From Okamejei kenojei (lineage: Eukaryota), in the NCBI GenBank assembly GCA_035221665.1, contig CM069147.1, positions 25,854,001-25,918,000 on the forward strand: a stretch of 64,000 nucleotides of DNA, in the 5' to 3' direction. Shown piece after piece: positions 24,511 to 37,000 of this stretch. The notes beneath the pieces were generated by a model, which was not told the origin of the DNA, made no database searches, and was given only the letters and a program-made list of their open reading frames with translations. Positions within the stretch are counted from its first letter, which is position 1. The number at the start of each line of letters is the position of its first letter. The translations under genes and the position numbers were made by a program.

Positions 24511-25597
24511 CAGACACCACGGGAGGAAGCACTGACCAGATAACTAGGTTAATACCAGATAACTAACTCAATAGTCTGCCCCTGTGATAGAGACAGAGAG
24601 ATCACGATAGGGGAGTGAGATGTCAGGGATAGCCCATGTGAATTTGAGGGCAAGGTGGAAATTAGTGGCAAAGTTAATGAAATAATGATTTCTGCACGGG
24701 TGCAAGAAGCAACCTTGATGCAGTCTTCAATGTAGTAGAGTTTGGGGATGGTGTCAACATACTTTTGAAACAAAAGACTGATGTAATCGACAAAAAGGGA
24801 GGCATGCCAGTGCCCATGAAGAAACTTGAGGAAAGTGAGAGGAGTTCCCACAGGTAATGTCAAGGGTGCAGTCAGTATGGAAGTATTCAGATTAATGTCT
24901 TCTATGTATCTGTACACCTGGTGGGTATTACCCCTGATCATCATGCACCATACCTTTGTAGCTTTTAGTGATTTTGGAATATAGAGCAAATCCCCATGCA
25001 TCATCCTGCTGTGTGCAACAGAAGGGGATGGAGGTGACATCACCCTATTTTAATGCTTCCATCATATCATAGTCTGCTATCAGACCACAGGAATAGGGAG
25101 CCTGGTGCACCCAGTCATCGGAACACGATTAATGCATTGTGGGGAACCAATTTCCAGTAAATGCATTATTTTACTTTTTAATATGTTGGACAGGTAACTT
25201 TGTGGAATTGACCCAACCTGCTCAGTAATCCATGGATAGGAAGTCCATGACAGTTAACTAAATTCTGCTCAATAGTACAAATAGATATTGGCATTCAGAG
25301 TTTATCAGCACTAATCAAAACCAATAAATAAAAGTAGTTTGCTCGGATATGCACAGAGATTTGGGGGAGTTCTGTGCAGGATATCCCTTTTAATTTCTTC
25401 ATGTTCTAGCCTGATATGTGAGCTGCTGGCACTGATCACCAGCAGCAAAACTCCTTGTACCGGATTTACTATAATCTTAGCCATTCACTTCACCACATCC
25501 ACACCATGGGTACAAGCTGTGGGGATCAGACTAAATTTGTATAAAGCAAAAACAGAGACATTCGCGAGTGGAATGTTTGAACTGGAGAGATTATCTG

Positions 25598-25603
25598 TTT
25601 ATT
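25598..25603 (-). terminator. Candidate polyadenylation signal (AATAAA) of the septin 3' UTR
   Basis: TTTATT on +, about 2.4 kb downstream of the stop codon, after a U-rich tract; unverified. Confidence 0.35.
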
Positions 25604-26519
25604 TCAATATGTATACTAAGTGGCAGTGAGGATTATAAAACATCAAGTAAAGCTTATTTCTTAAAAAAAAAAAACATCAAAGATAACATTTCAATTCAAT
25701 AAAACAGCTCCAAGTTCCTCTCCCTGAAGTGTCGTTGCTCCTCCTCCTCCTACACCATGGCTGATGGTAGTTTATCACAGTGAGCCAAATTATTGGCAGA
25801 AAGTGCACAGGGCCACTGATACAACAGAGGGTAGGGTGATCCAATAAGGGAGAGCTCACCACTCAGAGCTAACATTGAGACACCACAGTGCAGATCAAGA
25901 AAGCCATTTCCAAGAAAGGGATTTGGTGAGGGCACTGGGTGACAGAACAGCAAGTAGAGAATATAGGAGGGGGGAGGCTGAGAGGAAGGGACCCCTCCCA
26001 ACATAGAAAGGCCGAGAAGCTGAGAGAGAAAGAGCTAAGGGGTAAGATTAGAGACCAAAAACAATAGGAGGAAGAGGATGGAGAATGTGGGTGCACGACC
26101 TAGTACAGAGTCACCAGCACAGAAGGAAGAAGTGGCCACAAAGCAGCGAAAGGTCTGGACACAAGGCTGAAACTTCTGATCCTTCATATGCAAAGAAAAT
26201 GGATCAGTTGGGGAGAAATACAATACCAACCTTCTAGCTGTTGAGTCATTCGTGGTTTGGGATCCACCCTGGATTTGAAGCAGAGTAATGTCTTACAACA
26301 CCAATTTTACAAATGTATCTGCAGTGATCTAAAAGCACTTTGCTCGTTTCCCCATGCAAAACTAGCAAAGAAAATGAGCAGGAGACGCAAGCACCTGTGG
26401 GAAGAAGGAAACATTGCAGCTTCTCAACGGACACGGCCACAGGAAGCATATGAACGAACAGGGTTGCCCAGGATTTACGTGTAACAGAGTAGCACAGTAA
26501 ACCTATACCATATTTGAGA

Positions 26520-26720
26520 CTCAAGAAACTGCAGATGTTGGAAACTTGAACAAAACACAAAATGCTGGAAGGACTTTGCAGGTCAGGCAGCATTCAGGAA
26601 GGGAATGGACAATGTTTTGGCTCTTCAGACTCTGATGCAGGGACCCAACCTAAATCGTCAGTTGTCCATTTCCTTCACAGATGCTGCTGACCTGTCGAGA
26701 TCCTCCACCACTTTTCTACC
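26520..26720. mobile_element. Old palindromic Penelope-tail element in the septin 3' UTR region
   Basis: Inverted arms (CAGGTCAGGCAGCAT / ATGCTGCTGACCTG) around TTCAGACTCTGATG. Confidence 0.55.
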
Positions 26721-26871
26721 TTACTTACACAACACGTTCCACCAGTCAGTTGATTCAAGAAATGTAGCCGCCAGACGGGATAAAACATACAATTTTCTTC
26801 TGACTCCCCTCCTGGGTTGGATGTGAAATTATCTGAAGTGTCATCATGGACTCTGCTGCTGGCCAAATGCA

Positions 26872-27155
26872 AGTTTAGTTTAAGTTTAGAGATAGAGTGT
26901 AGCAACAGGTCCTTTGGCCCACCAAATCCGTGCTGACCAACAATCACTCATTCACACAAGTTCTATGATATCCCAGTTTCGCATTCAACATACTAGGGGC
27001 AATTTACTGAAGCCAATTAACCTACAAACCTCCACTACTTTGGAATGTGGGAGGAAACCAGAACACACGGAGAAAAGCACATAGTCACAGGAAGAACGTA
27101 CAAAACTGTGTACAGACAGCACCCGTAGTCAGGATCAAACCCAGGTCTTTGATCG
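26872..27155 (-). mobile_element. HE1-type V-SINE in the septin 3' UTR region
   Basis: TTTAGTTT tail, GTGGGAGGAAACC core. Confidence 0.8.
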
Positions 27156-28006
27156 CCTCACAAAGAAGCTCCTGCCCCCATTCAGAAAACCAGTCACTCC
27201 AAATACAGGGAATCATTGCACATGACTGGCAACCAGGTGGCCCATTCATGACCAACCGATCCTGAATCCATGGGACATTTGAGCTGGTGAAATACCAATA
27301 CAAATGGAGAATCAATATGTTTCTGTCCTGCCCACTTGTAATGATTGTTATCGCACGAGACTCAACTATATCCAAACCAATCATTAAACATAATCTCACT
27401 TAAATTATGAAACAAAATTTTTTCATTTTGTTTTGTGTTGAATGATTAAAATCAGCACTGCAGTGATCAAATGATTAAAATCAGCACTGTGGCCCAGTGT
27501 GAACCAAGGAGAGCTCAAAGACTGCTGACCTTTTGCAAACCACAATTACCAGCACTGGAATTGCACAACTTTCTCAAGAAATTAATACCAGAGGAGGATA
27601 CAATGGCCAAACTGGATGGGGCCTCACTGTGATCCTTGTGTTGGATGAGTGCGTGGCATATGAAGAATCTGCCACTAGGTGGCAAACCCACACCAAGCAG
27701 ACAGAATGTGGAGCTGAGTTTTACTCCCACATGGGGGGGACAGTGTGAGGAGCATGCAGCATGAGCAGCAGGTACCAAACGTCATCATTGCATCACACAG
27801 CTTGTGATTCATGGGATATTAAGACAAGACAACAAGAGGCCCACTGTAAAGGTGCCAGGAACATATGAAGAATTTACTGTTTTTTTCACTAGTCCTGGGC
27901 TTGCAGGGAGCTAAGTAATTGTCTGATCAGATTTAAGCAATGTCTCTCCGTTGCAGTATGGCCAAAGGAATGAGCCTTAAAACATTTCCACTAATAATAA
28001 ACCTCT

Positions 28007-28046
28007 TCAGAAGATCTTCCCTTTCTTCTTGTTTTTCTCCATTGTT
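28007..28046 (-). CDS. SEPTIN7: Septin exon 13, coding part ([12 protein letters not shown])
   Basis: Acceptor TTCCCAG|, TGA at 28009-28007. Confidence 0.95.
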
Positions 28047-31000
28047 CTGGGAAGGATGGAAAAATAAAGTTAATTCACTCAAACACAGCACACACAATAT
28101 GCAGAAAAAGAGAAACAGTCCTGGGAGGGCAGTAACATGCAGTAGCATGCAAGCTTACATCCCTCATCTCATGCGCACTGTCTCTACTCTCCTTTCATAT
28201 ACCCATGTACCATCTCCCTCATTCATGCAGCTAGCTGTACACGCTCCCTTATTTACACTTCACCTCCGACAGCCACCTTTGTCGCACTCTTCCCTCATTT
28301 TCTCAGCACACACCCAAGAGCAGGTCTCCCCATTGCTATACAATGCCCATTCACACTCAGCGTTTTCCCCACACAAACCTCCTCATACACTCTCACAAGT
28401 ACAATTACCACTAACTTCGAAGCATCCAATTTCTGCTGTTCCAACAAGCGTTGCTCTGCCTCCCATGCTACTTTCTCTTCCTCAAACTGCTTCCTCTTCT
28501 CCTCCAGCTCCTTGTATTGAGCCTCCAGGTTTTTCTTCATCTGTTCATGTCGGCGCTGCAGCTACAGGGGCGTGGAGACAGAGAAGGGAGGAGGAGAGGG
28601 AGGGTGTGGGTAGCAAGGAAAGAGGCGGCAGGAAAGGGAAAGTGAGAGCAGGAGGGGAAGCCAGGGAAGGGAGAAGGGGAAGGGGGTGGAGTAGGTGTGA
28701 AGAGGGAGGGAGTGGCAACAGGAAAGGAAGAGCGCCTTTAGTTTCTACAACATTCTGAAATGGCTGAGTACATCACAGTCATGCTCCCTGGGTAATGTCC
28801 AATTCAAACCAACCACTCTCTTTCAGTACAGATGTGTCCAGGTAGGGACAGAATTACATATTCTGGGACAAGCAGAGGACACCAAGATGGATGGGTTACA
28901 AGACACCAAAATGCCATTAGTTGCAGTCAAAAGCTACAGAGAGAGGAAGGTGCAGAAACCGTACGGAAGGGTCAATGGAGATGTGGGGTGGGGATGGTGG
29001 ATAGAAAAGCTTACTTCATTCTCAGAGTCCTTCAATTTCTGTTTCTTCTCCTTGACCTTCATCTCAAACACTTGTTCCATCTCAGTCTCCATTTTTTTCA
29101 TCTTCGCCACATGCTCTCGACGCTCTTCCTCCATCTCAGCGAGAGGGCTCCTGCATTAATAAAGTCAATTACCTTCTTGCACTTTACCTGTGCCTCAATT
29201 TGTTCTGTACAGGCAGTAAGCATGACCAGGCCCATCGTCTGCCAAACAAACCCAAGATTGAACAGCAGACTCCGTGACCATTTACTGAAGTACCTTCCAC
29301 AAGGAAGTCGCATGCAAGCCAGCACAGGAAGTTTCACAAAAAAGGATGCGCTCTCCAGTTTCTCCTTTTAACTATCCTTAATGTTAGTACAGTAAAGTCA
29401 AGCGCAAAGGTCAACACCTGCATCCTGTTCATAGAATAATAAAGAAATAGTCAGCACAGAAACAAGTTGTTTTGGCCGACTTCGCCTGTGATGCCTAAGC
29501 ACTGTGTATGCATTTCCCTGCTTAATGCCACTATTGCTTTATGCCAATTCCTCAATTTAATGTAGCACCATACCCCCTTTCCTGCACCTCCCCACCATGG
29601 TACACACCCATTTCACCCACTATCCCACCCCCCCTCCCCCAGAAAGCTTCCCTTTTCACCTATCCCCCCCACCTGGCTATATTTTACTCCTTTTCTCTCC
29701 TTATATTACACTACTCTGTCTCCATTTCATCTCTAGCCTGTGAATACCATCTGCCAAACAACCCATCCCTCACCTATAGCCTGGGCTTTGTCCTGCCCCA
29801 CCTCTTTTTCAGCTTTCTCCCACCTACTACAATCAATCTGAAGGGCCTTGAACTGAAACATTGCCTATCCATTCCCTCCACATGCTGCCTGACTCTGAGT
29901 TTCTCCAGCACATGTTTTGCTGACAATTAAACACGTGTGACTGTTTCACTACCCTATCCACCTGTGCTGCCACTTTGAGGGAATTATGGACACTCCAGGG
30001 AAAAATATTATCCTGTCACTTCATATAACGCAAGCTGTCCAGTACCAGTAATATCCTTATGGGGCTGTCCCACTTGGGCGACCTAATTGGCGAGTTTAGA
30101 AGAGTTTAGGAGAGTTTGAAAAAATGACACTTTGAAGACCTCCTTCGACTACGTTGAAGACTAGCTACGACTAACTTCGGGAAAATTGGACCGAATAGTG
30201 GAGAGTGAAGACGACCTCCTTCGACTATGATGAAGACTATCTACAACTACCCTCGACTACCCTCGATTACCTATGACTAACATGCCGACCCACTATGACG
30301 AAATCTACGAGTAAAAAAAGTATCAATTTTTTCCATGGCGACATTTTTTTACTCACGGGCATTTTTTAACATATTGAAAAAAAACGCCGCAATCTATCTG
30401 AGGCCTCGAGTATGCAGAGACCACTCTCGAGCGTGAAGGAGAGTTACGAAGACCTCCTATGACCTCGTGTCGACCATGCTGCGAGTATGAGTCGAGGGCA
30501 AACTCGCCAGAGCTCGCGGATTAGGTCGCCCAAGTGGGACAGGCCCCTTACAGGTCTTTTCTGCACCCTTTCCCGCTTAATGATATCCTTTCTCTTCCTA
30601 GGCAACCAGAACTGCACACAATACTTCAAAGTGTTGTCTCACTAAAATCTCGCATAGATTAACATAAGTCTTGTACTCAAGTTCTCAATTCCTGTACTTA
30701 AGTTCCTTGACCAATGAAGGCAAGGGTGACAAATCATTCTTCACTGCCCTGTCGCCACCTTCAGGGAAGTACATACTTATACCATTGGGTCTCTCTATTA
30801 TCAACGATGTTAACATCATTGCCATTTCCTCTACATACCTAACTGATATGACCTCCCAAAGTGCTTTATCTCACACTTGTTTAGATTAAATTTCATATGC
30901 CATTGCTCTATTCAATTTTACAACTGATCTATGTCTTCAACAACCTTCCCTATCTATGACCACCAATTTTCTTTCCATCTGTAAACTTACTAATCATATC

Positions 31001-34000
31001 CCATTCATTCTCATCCATGTCATATATTCCAATCAGCGACTTATTAGAAAACAGTTACATCTTGAACATCTTCCCCACCAGTGAGGTTAGATTCATCAGC
31101 CACTAGTTTGCAGTGTTACTCTCATTGACCTCTAAACCATTTCTATCTATGTACCTGTCCAAATGTATTTTATAGGCTGTTAATGTAGCTGCCTCAACTA
31201 CTTTCTTTGGCAGCTCATTCTAAATATCAGCCCCTATGTGAAAAAGTTGCCCATCATGTTCCCGTTAAATCTTTCCACTGTCACTTTAAACCTAAGCCCT
31301 TTTAGTCCTGAATTATCCTCTACCCTTGAAAAAAAACTGACTATTCAACGTCACCCCTCAGCCTCCTTAACTCCAGTCCCAGTATATCCCGGCTCACTGA
31401 TAACTCAAGTCCTCAAAACCTGGTAAACTCTGTGCTTGGACATGGCGGTCCAAAATGACACAAAGTACTGGAGCAACTCAGTGATTCATACTGCATCTCT
31501 GAAGAACATGATAAGTGATGGTTTGGGTTGAGACCCTTCTTTTGCTAATTGTGAATGGAGTGGGGGTGAGCGGGGGGGGGGGGGGGGGGGGGGGGGAAGG
31601 TGGGAGAGGAGACGCAAAACAAAGTGTGGCAGGTAATAGGTGGATACAGGCGAGGGGGGGCTTTGATAGCAATGGTTGGAGCAAATGTCAAGAGATTAAA
31701 GCAGAATTTGAGAGAGAGATTGAAAAGTTGCAAATTGTGAAGCCAGAGGAAGGAATGTAAGGAGCGAGAGGGGATAAATTAGTGTGAGTGCAGGTGGGCA
31801 CAGGGGAGGGGGGGGGGGGGGGGGGATGAAGGTTGTTAGAGATTACCTAAAATTGGAGAATTCAATGATCATGCCATTGGGTTGTAAGCTACCAGAGCGG
31901 AATAAAAGGTGGCGGTTTCGTTCCTCCAGTTTGTGTGTGTCTTCATTCTGGAAATGAAGGCGGCCCAGGAATGAAACATCAGTACGGCATGGGAACGGGA
32001 GTTAAAATAATTAACAACTGGGAGATCCCATATCCTGGTTCCATTTTGGGGGAATGGGAGTGAGAGAAAAACCACAGGACACAGGGGAGACATGCTTGTC
32101 CAGTCTTGTGTCCCCCACCTGGACCATTGACCTTGTGTTCTCCCTTTCATCTCCCCAGGCAATTCACCTCAGTTGTTATGACTGCAGTCTCCAACCTACC
32201 CCAGGCAGATAATCGGCCAGCATGTGAGGGACAATATACCGACATAAACAAACACCAGATGGCGCTGGCCAATGTCTTCCTCAGCATTGCCGAGGATTTC
32301 AACAAGCTAGCTTGAAGAAGACTTCCAAATTACCATTAGTACATCTCCAGCAAGAGAGGATTAAATACTCACGACCACTGCTACTCCACCATCAGAGAAG
32401 CCTATGATTAGCCTGCACTTTGGAAAATTGGACCACCTGGCTCAAAAGATCAACAGCAGATGCAATCTTGCCGATTCTCTACTTTGCCGGACCATTTGGA
32501 CACCAGGAACATTCCTACCAAACTCATCAGACTCAGGAGTTGGGACTCTGTTCATACTGAGCAACTGGATCCCAGCCTTTCTCTTCAGCCGACTTCAGAC
32601 TAGCGATTGATAACAACACTTCCGCCTCACTGACCAACAGCAATGTAACACCTCAGACCCATGTTCACCAATTATACCACCACTGTTGAACGAATAACAA
32701 GCAACAATAAATCAGAGAACAGGAGGGATGTTGTTAATCTGCTTGAATGGTGCTAGACAACAATCTTGTTCTCAACGATAGCAAGATCAAAAAGCTGATG
32801 TTTACTTAAGAAAGGGAAAGCCAAGGAATCATAAACCTGTCTTCATGGATGAGACAGCATTAGAGAGTTCCTGGTATTGACCTCCCCACCATTGAAGAGA
32901 TCTACAAGAAGCAATGCCTCAAGAAGGCAGCAAAATCAAAAACAACCCCATCTTGACCACACACACTTCTCACTGCTGACGTGGAAAGAAGTTACAGGTG
33001 CCTGCAAATTGTTACCTCCAAGTTCAAAAAGTGTTTTTTCCCAATTAATCATCAGGTTCTTGAAACACCTTGCACAACCCCAAACTAAACACCAATTCAC
33101 GAAGGGCTTTATACTATGGTTGCTCTTAAGCACTGTCATGGTCTGTGTTACTTAGAATAACTAATAATTTGTTTATTTATTTGTTATTGTTGTTGTGTCC
33201 TATCCATGGTTGTCGGATTCAAAACTAGCTTACTCATAGAAGATACTGGGTTGAGGTGGAAAGATATATTGTTCTGGCTATAGGTCCCTGACCAGTAGAG
33301 TTCCACAGGGATGTGTGTTGGGACCTCTGTTTGTTTGTAATGTGAACAATTTTGATGTACATGCAGATGGGTTGGTTAGTAAGTATGCTACAAAGCATAC
33401 TATCCCTAATCAGCCCTTGCCCATCCAAATGCCTGTATAACCTATCCCTCAGAATACTCTCCAGTAACTTTCCAACTACAGATGTTAAGCTCACCAGTCT
33501 ATAGTTCCTAGCATTTTCCCTGTAGCCTTTCTTGAAAAGAAGCACAACATTTGCCACCCCCTCCAGTCTTCCAGCAACTCTCCTGAATTTAAGGATGACT
33601 CGTAAATTTCAATCAGGGCTCTCGCAATTTCCTCTCTGGTTTACCCACAATATTCTAGGATATATCTGATCGGTCAATGGATATTTTTAATACAGAGATC
33701 TTGATTCTTGATTAGTAAGGATGTCAGAGGTTTTGGTGGGAAGGCAGTGCAACAAAGTTTGAGTACACAGCACAGCATCTCCATGCAGCTCAATATGCTG
33801 CAGCTCAAATCTGATGTTTGGTTACTGCTCATCTCATTAATCGTGGATAAATTGATGGTGGGTTTATTTTGCAAGCTAACTGGGCAACAGGCAGCATATT
33901 TTCCATGGTGCTCACCTGGTGAGGCGGCCTTTTGTCTTACTGGCATCAACTCCATTGCCCGTCACAGCTGCCAGCTTTCGACTTCGATAGTTTTCGTAGT

Positions 34001-37000
34001 GGATATTGTTGGTAATCTCCTTCAGATCCTGCATATGTGTCCTGCAATCAAAACATGACTAGGACGTGAGTTGCAGCTTCCTTGCAGATCACAAGTATAA
34101 CTCAACAGTAAGCATGTGCCAAACCCGGGGGCACAGTTCATTCCCCAATAGTCAAAACTACCCATCAACACACAGAATAATGCCACAGAGAAATGGGCCC
34201 TGTCAGCCCACCTTGTCTATGTCTACCATGATGCCTCCTATGCCACTTACCTGAATTAGGCCTGTAGCTCTCAATTCCTTTCCTATCTAACCATCTGTTT
34301 AAACGTGGTAACTGCCTCCAGCTCCTTTGGCAGCTTGTTCCAGTTATTCATCACAATATGTGGAAAAAAAGACAGAACTCCAAATTTCTCCACTCTCACC
34401 CCAAATTTACTTCTCGGCTCTCCTACCTAGTAAAAAGACAATCTATACTACATATGCCCCTCATAATTTCATAAATCTCTTGAGGTCACCCCTCAGCCCA
34501 TCTCTCTTGTACAGGTCACCTCTGACACAGTACAGATCTCAATGATCGAAAAACCTGAACTACTGCTCCCAGCACCAGGTTCTCAACAAGCACTCATCTG
34601 TCTTATCTTCCTATTCATACCCTCACTAACCATATACAATATCCCAAGAATGTAATTAGCTCATTCCCAGGTCAACTACACCATTTGTGGATGGCAAAAA
34701 CATTTTCCCTGATTACCAACAACCCTGGAATATCTCAGCAAATGAGATTAGAACGTTAAATATACATAGCTCAGAAACTGAGATTCTTTTGTCTTATATG
34801 AAATGACTAATAGCCTCCAAGGATGGAGTTTATCAGCACTCTCAAATGAAAATTGGATTTTCACTAAAGTGAAAATGAAATACTGAAAGAATAATGTGTC
34901 ATTAATTACAGTTACGAAGCACAAGTCACCCTGTGCTGCAATAACACAATGATTCAACGATTTATTTTCATTGTCTGATGAACGTTACCTGATCAGCATG
35001 TTGCGCAAAATGGAGAAATCACAATGGTCTCCATTTTCAACTGTGAAAGATTGAGAAAAAATTAAATCACGTTTCATCCTCATCATACAGACATAGGTAC
35101 TCATCCTACTCTAACAGGGCTGACCTGCTTATTAGCATCAATATTTCCCTTTTTGTTATGTAATAAACAGTAGTCTAGAGTCTGTATTTGTGCTTTTGGC
35201 ACTCATAAACAGGATGCAGTGCAACGGGATTTAAAGCATGATTGGGAAATGTAATATATTTTATTTTATATATATACACACACACACATATATATATATA
35301 TATACGCACACACACATATATATGTATATATATACACACACACACACGCGCGCGTATATATGTCTAGTACATTGTGTGATCTAACACCGATAAAGCCAAT
35401 ATTTTGCTGATTTGTGCAAAAGCTGTTAAATCTATGAACTTTATCAATTACAGGGCGAAAATTTGTGGGGAGAAGTTCCAGGATCCAAACACAGTGTTCA
35501 ACGCCTTCCAAGCTTTGTTTGTCCAATTTATTTCTTAATAATATTCCAAAACAAATGAAGCCACCTCAACTGTATATTTATCAAGTTAATTGCAAAATGG
35601 TTTGCATCACTTTGTTGCTGTGTCACTGATCAACTGAGATTAAACTGAATGGTCAAACTAGATTGTAGGGTTTATTGCTTTGTCCACCTGTGCACTGGTT
35701 AAAGGTCGAAAGCCGAGGTAAATAGTCAGATCCATGCAGTCTTTGACACTGAAAAGTTTAAAAATCTCACATGCACAATTCAGGCTCAACAGAACTTTTA
35801 CCTTCCGCCACTCCCCATGGATACTGCCGACCTCTGACCTTTTTCCCACTGACCTCAAAGACAAGGTTGCTTCCAACGACTGCCAGGGGTACACAATCCT
35901 TGGGAGAGAAGAAATTATCATGAACTTTCATATCTATCCAGGTAAATGCAGATTCATCATGAGTGTAGGATAAACAGTGGAGGCCGAAGTGGTGATCAGA
36001 CTATGATTTTCAAATGGTGACAAATCGGGTATCCAGTGTCTTGTACTGGAGTACTACGGGCAAATGTGGATGTACACCCCGAACAATTTTTTCAGTTTCG
36101 GGTCACAACAATGGTGTCATTCACATTCATTATTACCTCCCTTATGTTTCTCTAATTAGAATGTAATATGCATATGTAATATTTCAAAATGGTGAGTCAC
36201 TTATATTATTGAGTGACACTGATTCACAAAGCTTGCTTTGCTGAAAGTCAAGTATGGAGTACAAAAGAAATTATGATCTGAAACTACTCAACAAAGCTAT
36301 GACAAACCCACACTTGAAAGCGTGTGTGCAGGATTGGCTCAGTACTTATTTCATAAGTTTTAGGTACATAAATATGCCATTCGGTCCATCAAGTCTACTC
36401 CGCCATTCAATCATGGCTGATCCATCTTTCCCTCTCAACCGCATTCACCTGCTTTCTCCCCAAAAACTTCAAGAAAGATTTAACTGGACATGAAGCACAG
36501 ATCCAGTGTGTCAACCTGCAACAACATGAAATGAGTTTGAACTGGCTATATCTGAACTCACTGAAACATGGAAAAAAAATTAGAGGAAATACCATTGGCA
36601 CCTAAAATAGTGTAAAATGCATGAATAGGATCAATACAAAGAAGGCTGATTCTTCTGCTACGAGGTCCAAGAACCAAGGGCTAGAATTTCAGGATGAGGG
36701 TCCATCATGCATGGCGGGCGAGTAATCACAGATGAGGATAGATCATGCATGGCAGGCGAGTAATCTTTGAAATTTTCTATCCCACAACACAGTGGACTTG
36801 AGTTGCTGGGTATAATCAAGGGTGCAGGATAGATTTTTAGCCACAAGGTGTGGAAGTAATGAGCTGTTCTTCCATTTTGTATTTGTATGGACAGCACTTC
36901 ACACTGTGGGAATCTAACCTTACTCCAGTGAACATACCCTACTATAAATAGGCCTGGTGCTGGTGTGGTCCATAGAGTTAAGAAAACAAGTTACTAAACA

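Noticed and set aside
27441-27489. 20-bp direct repeat AATGATTAAAATCAGCACTG
   Set aside because: Local duplication with a 9-bp spacer; no evidence of function
27940-28758. 272-aa + strand ORF
   Set aside because: Antisense shadow of septin exons 12-13 and low-complexity intron
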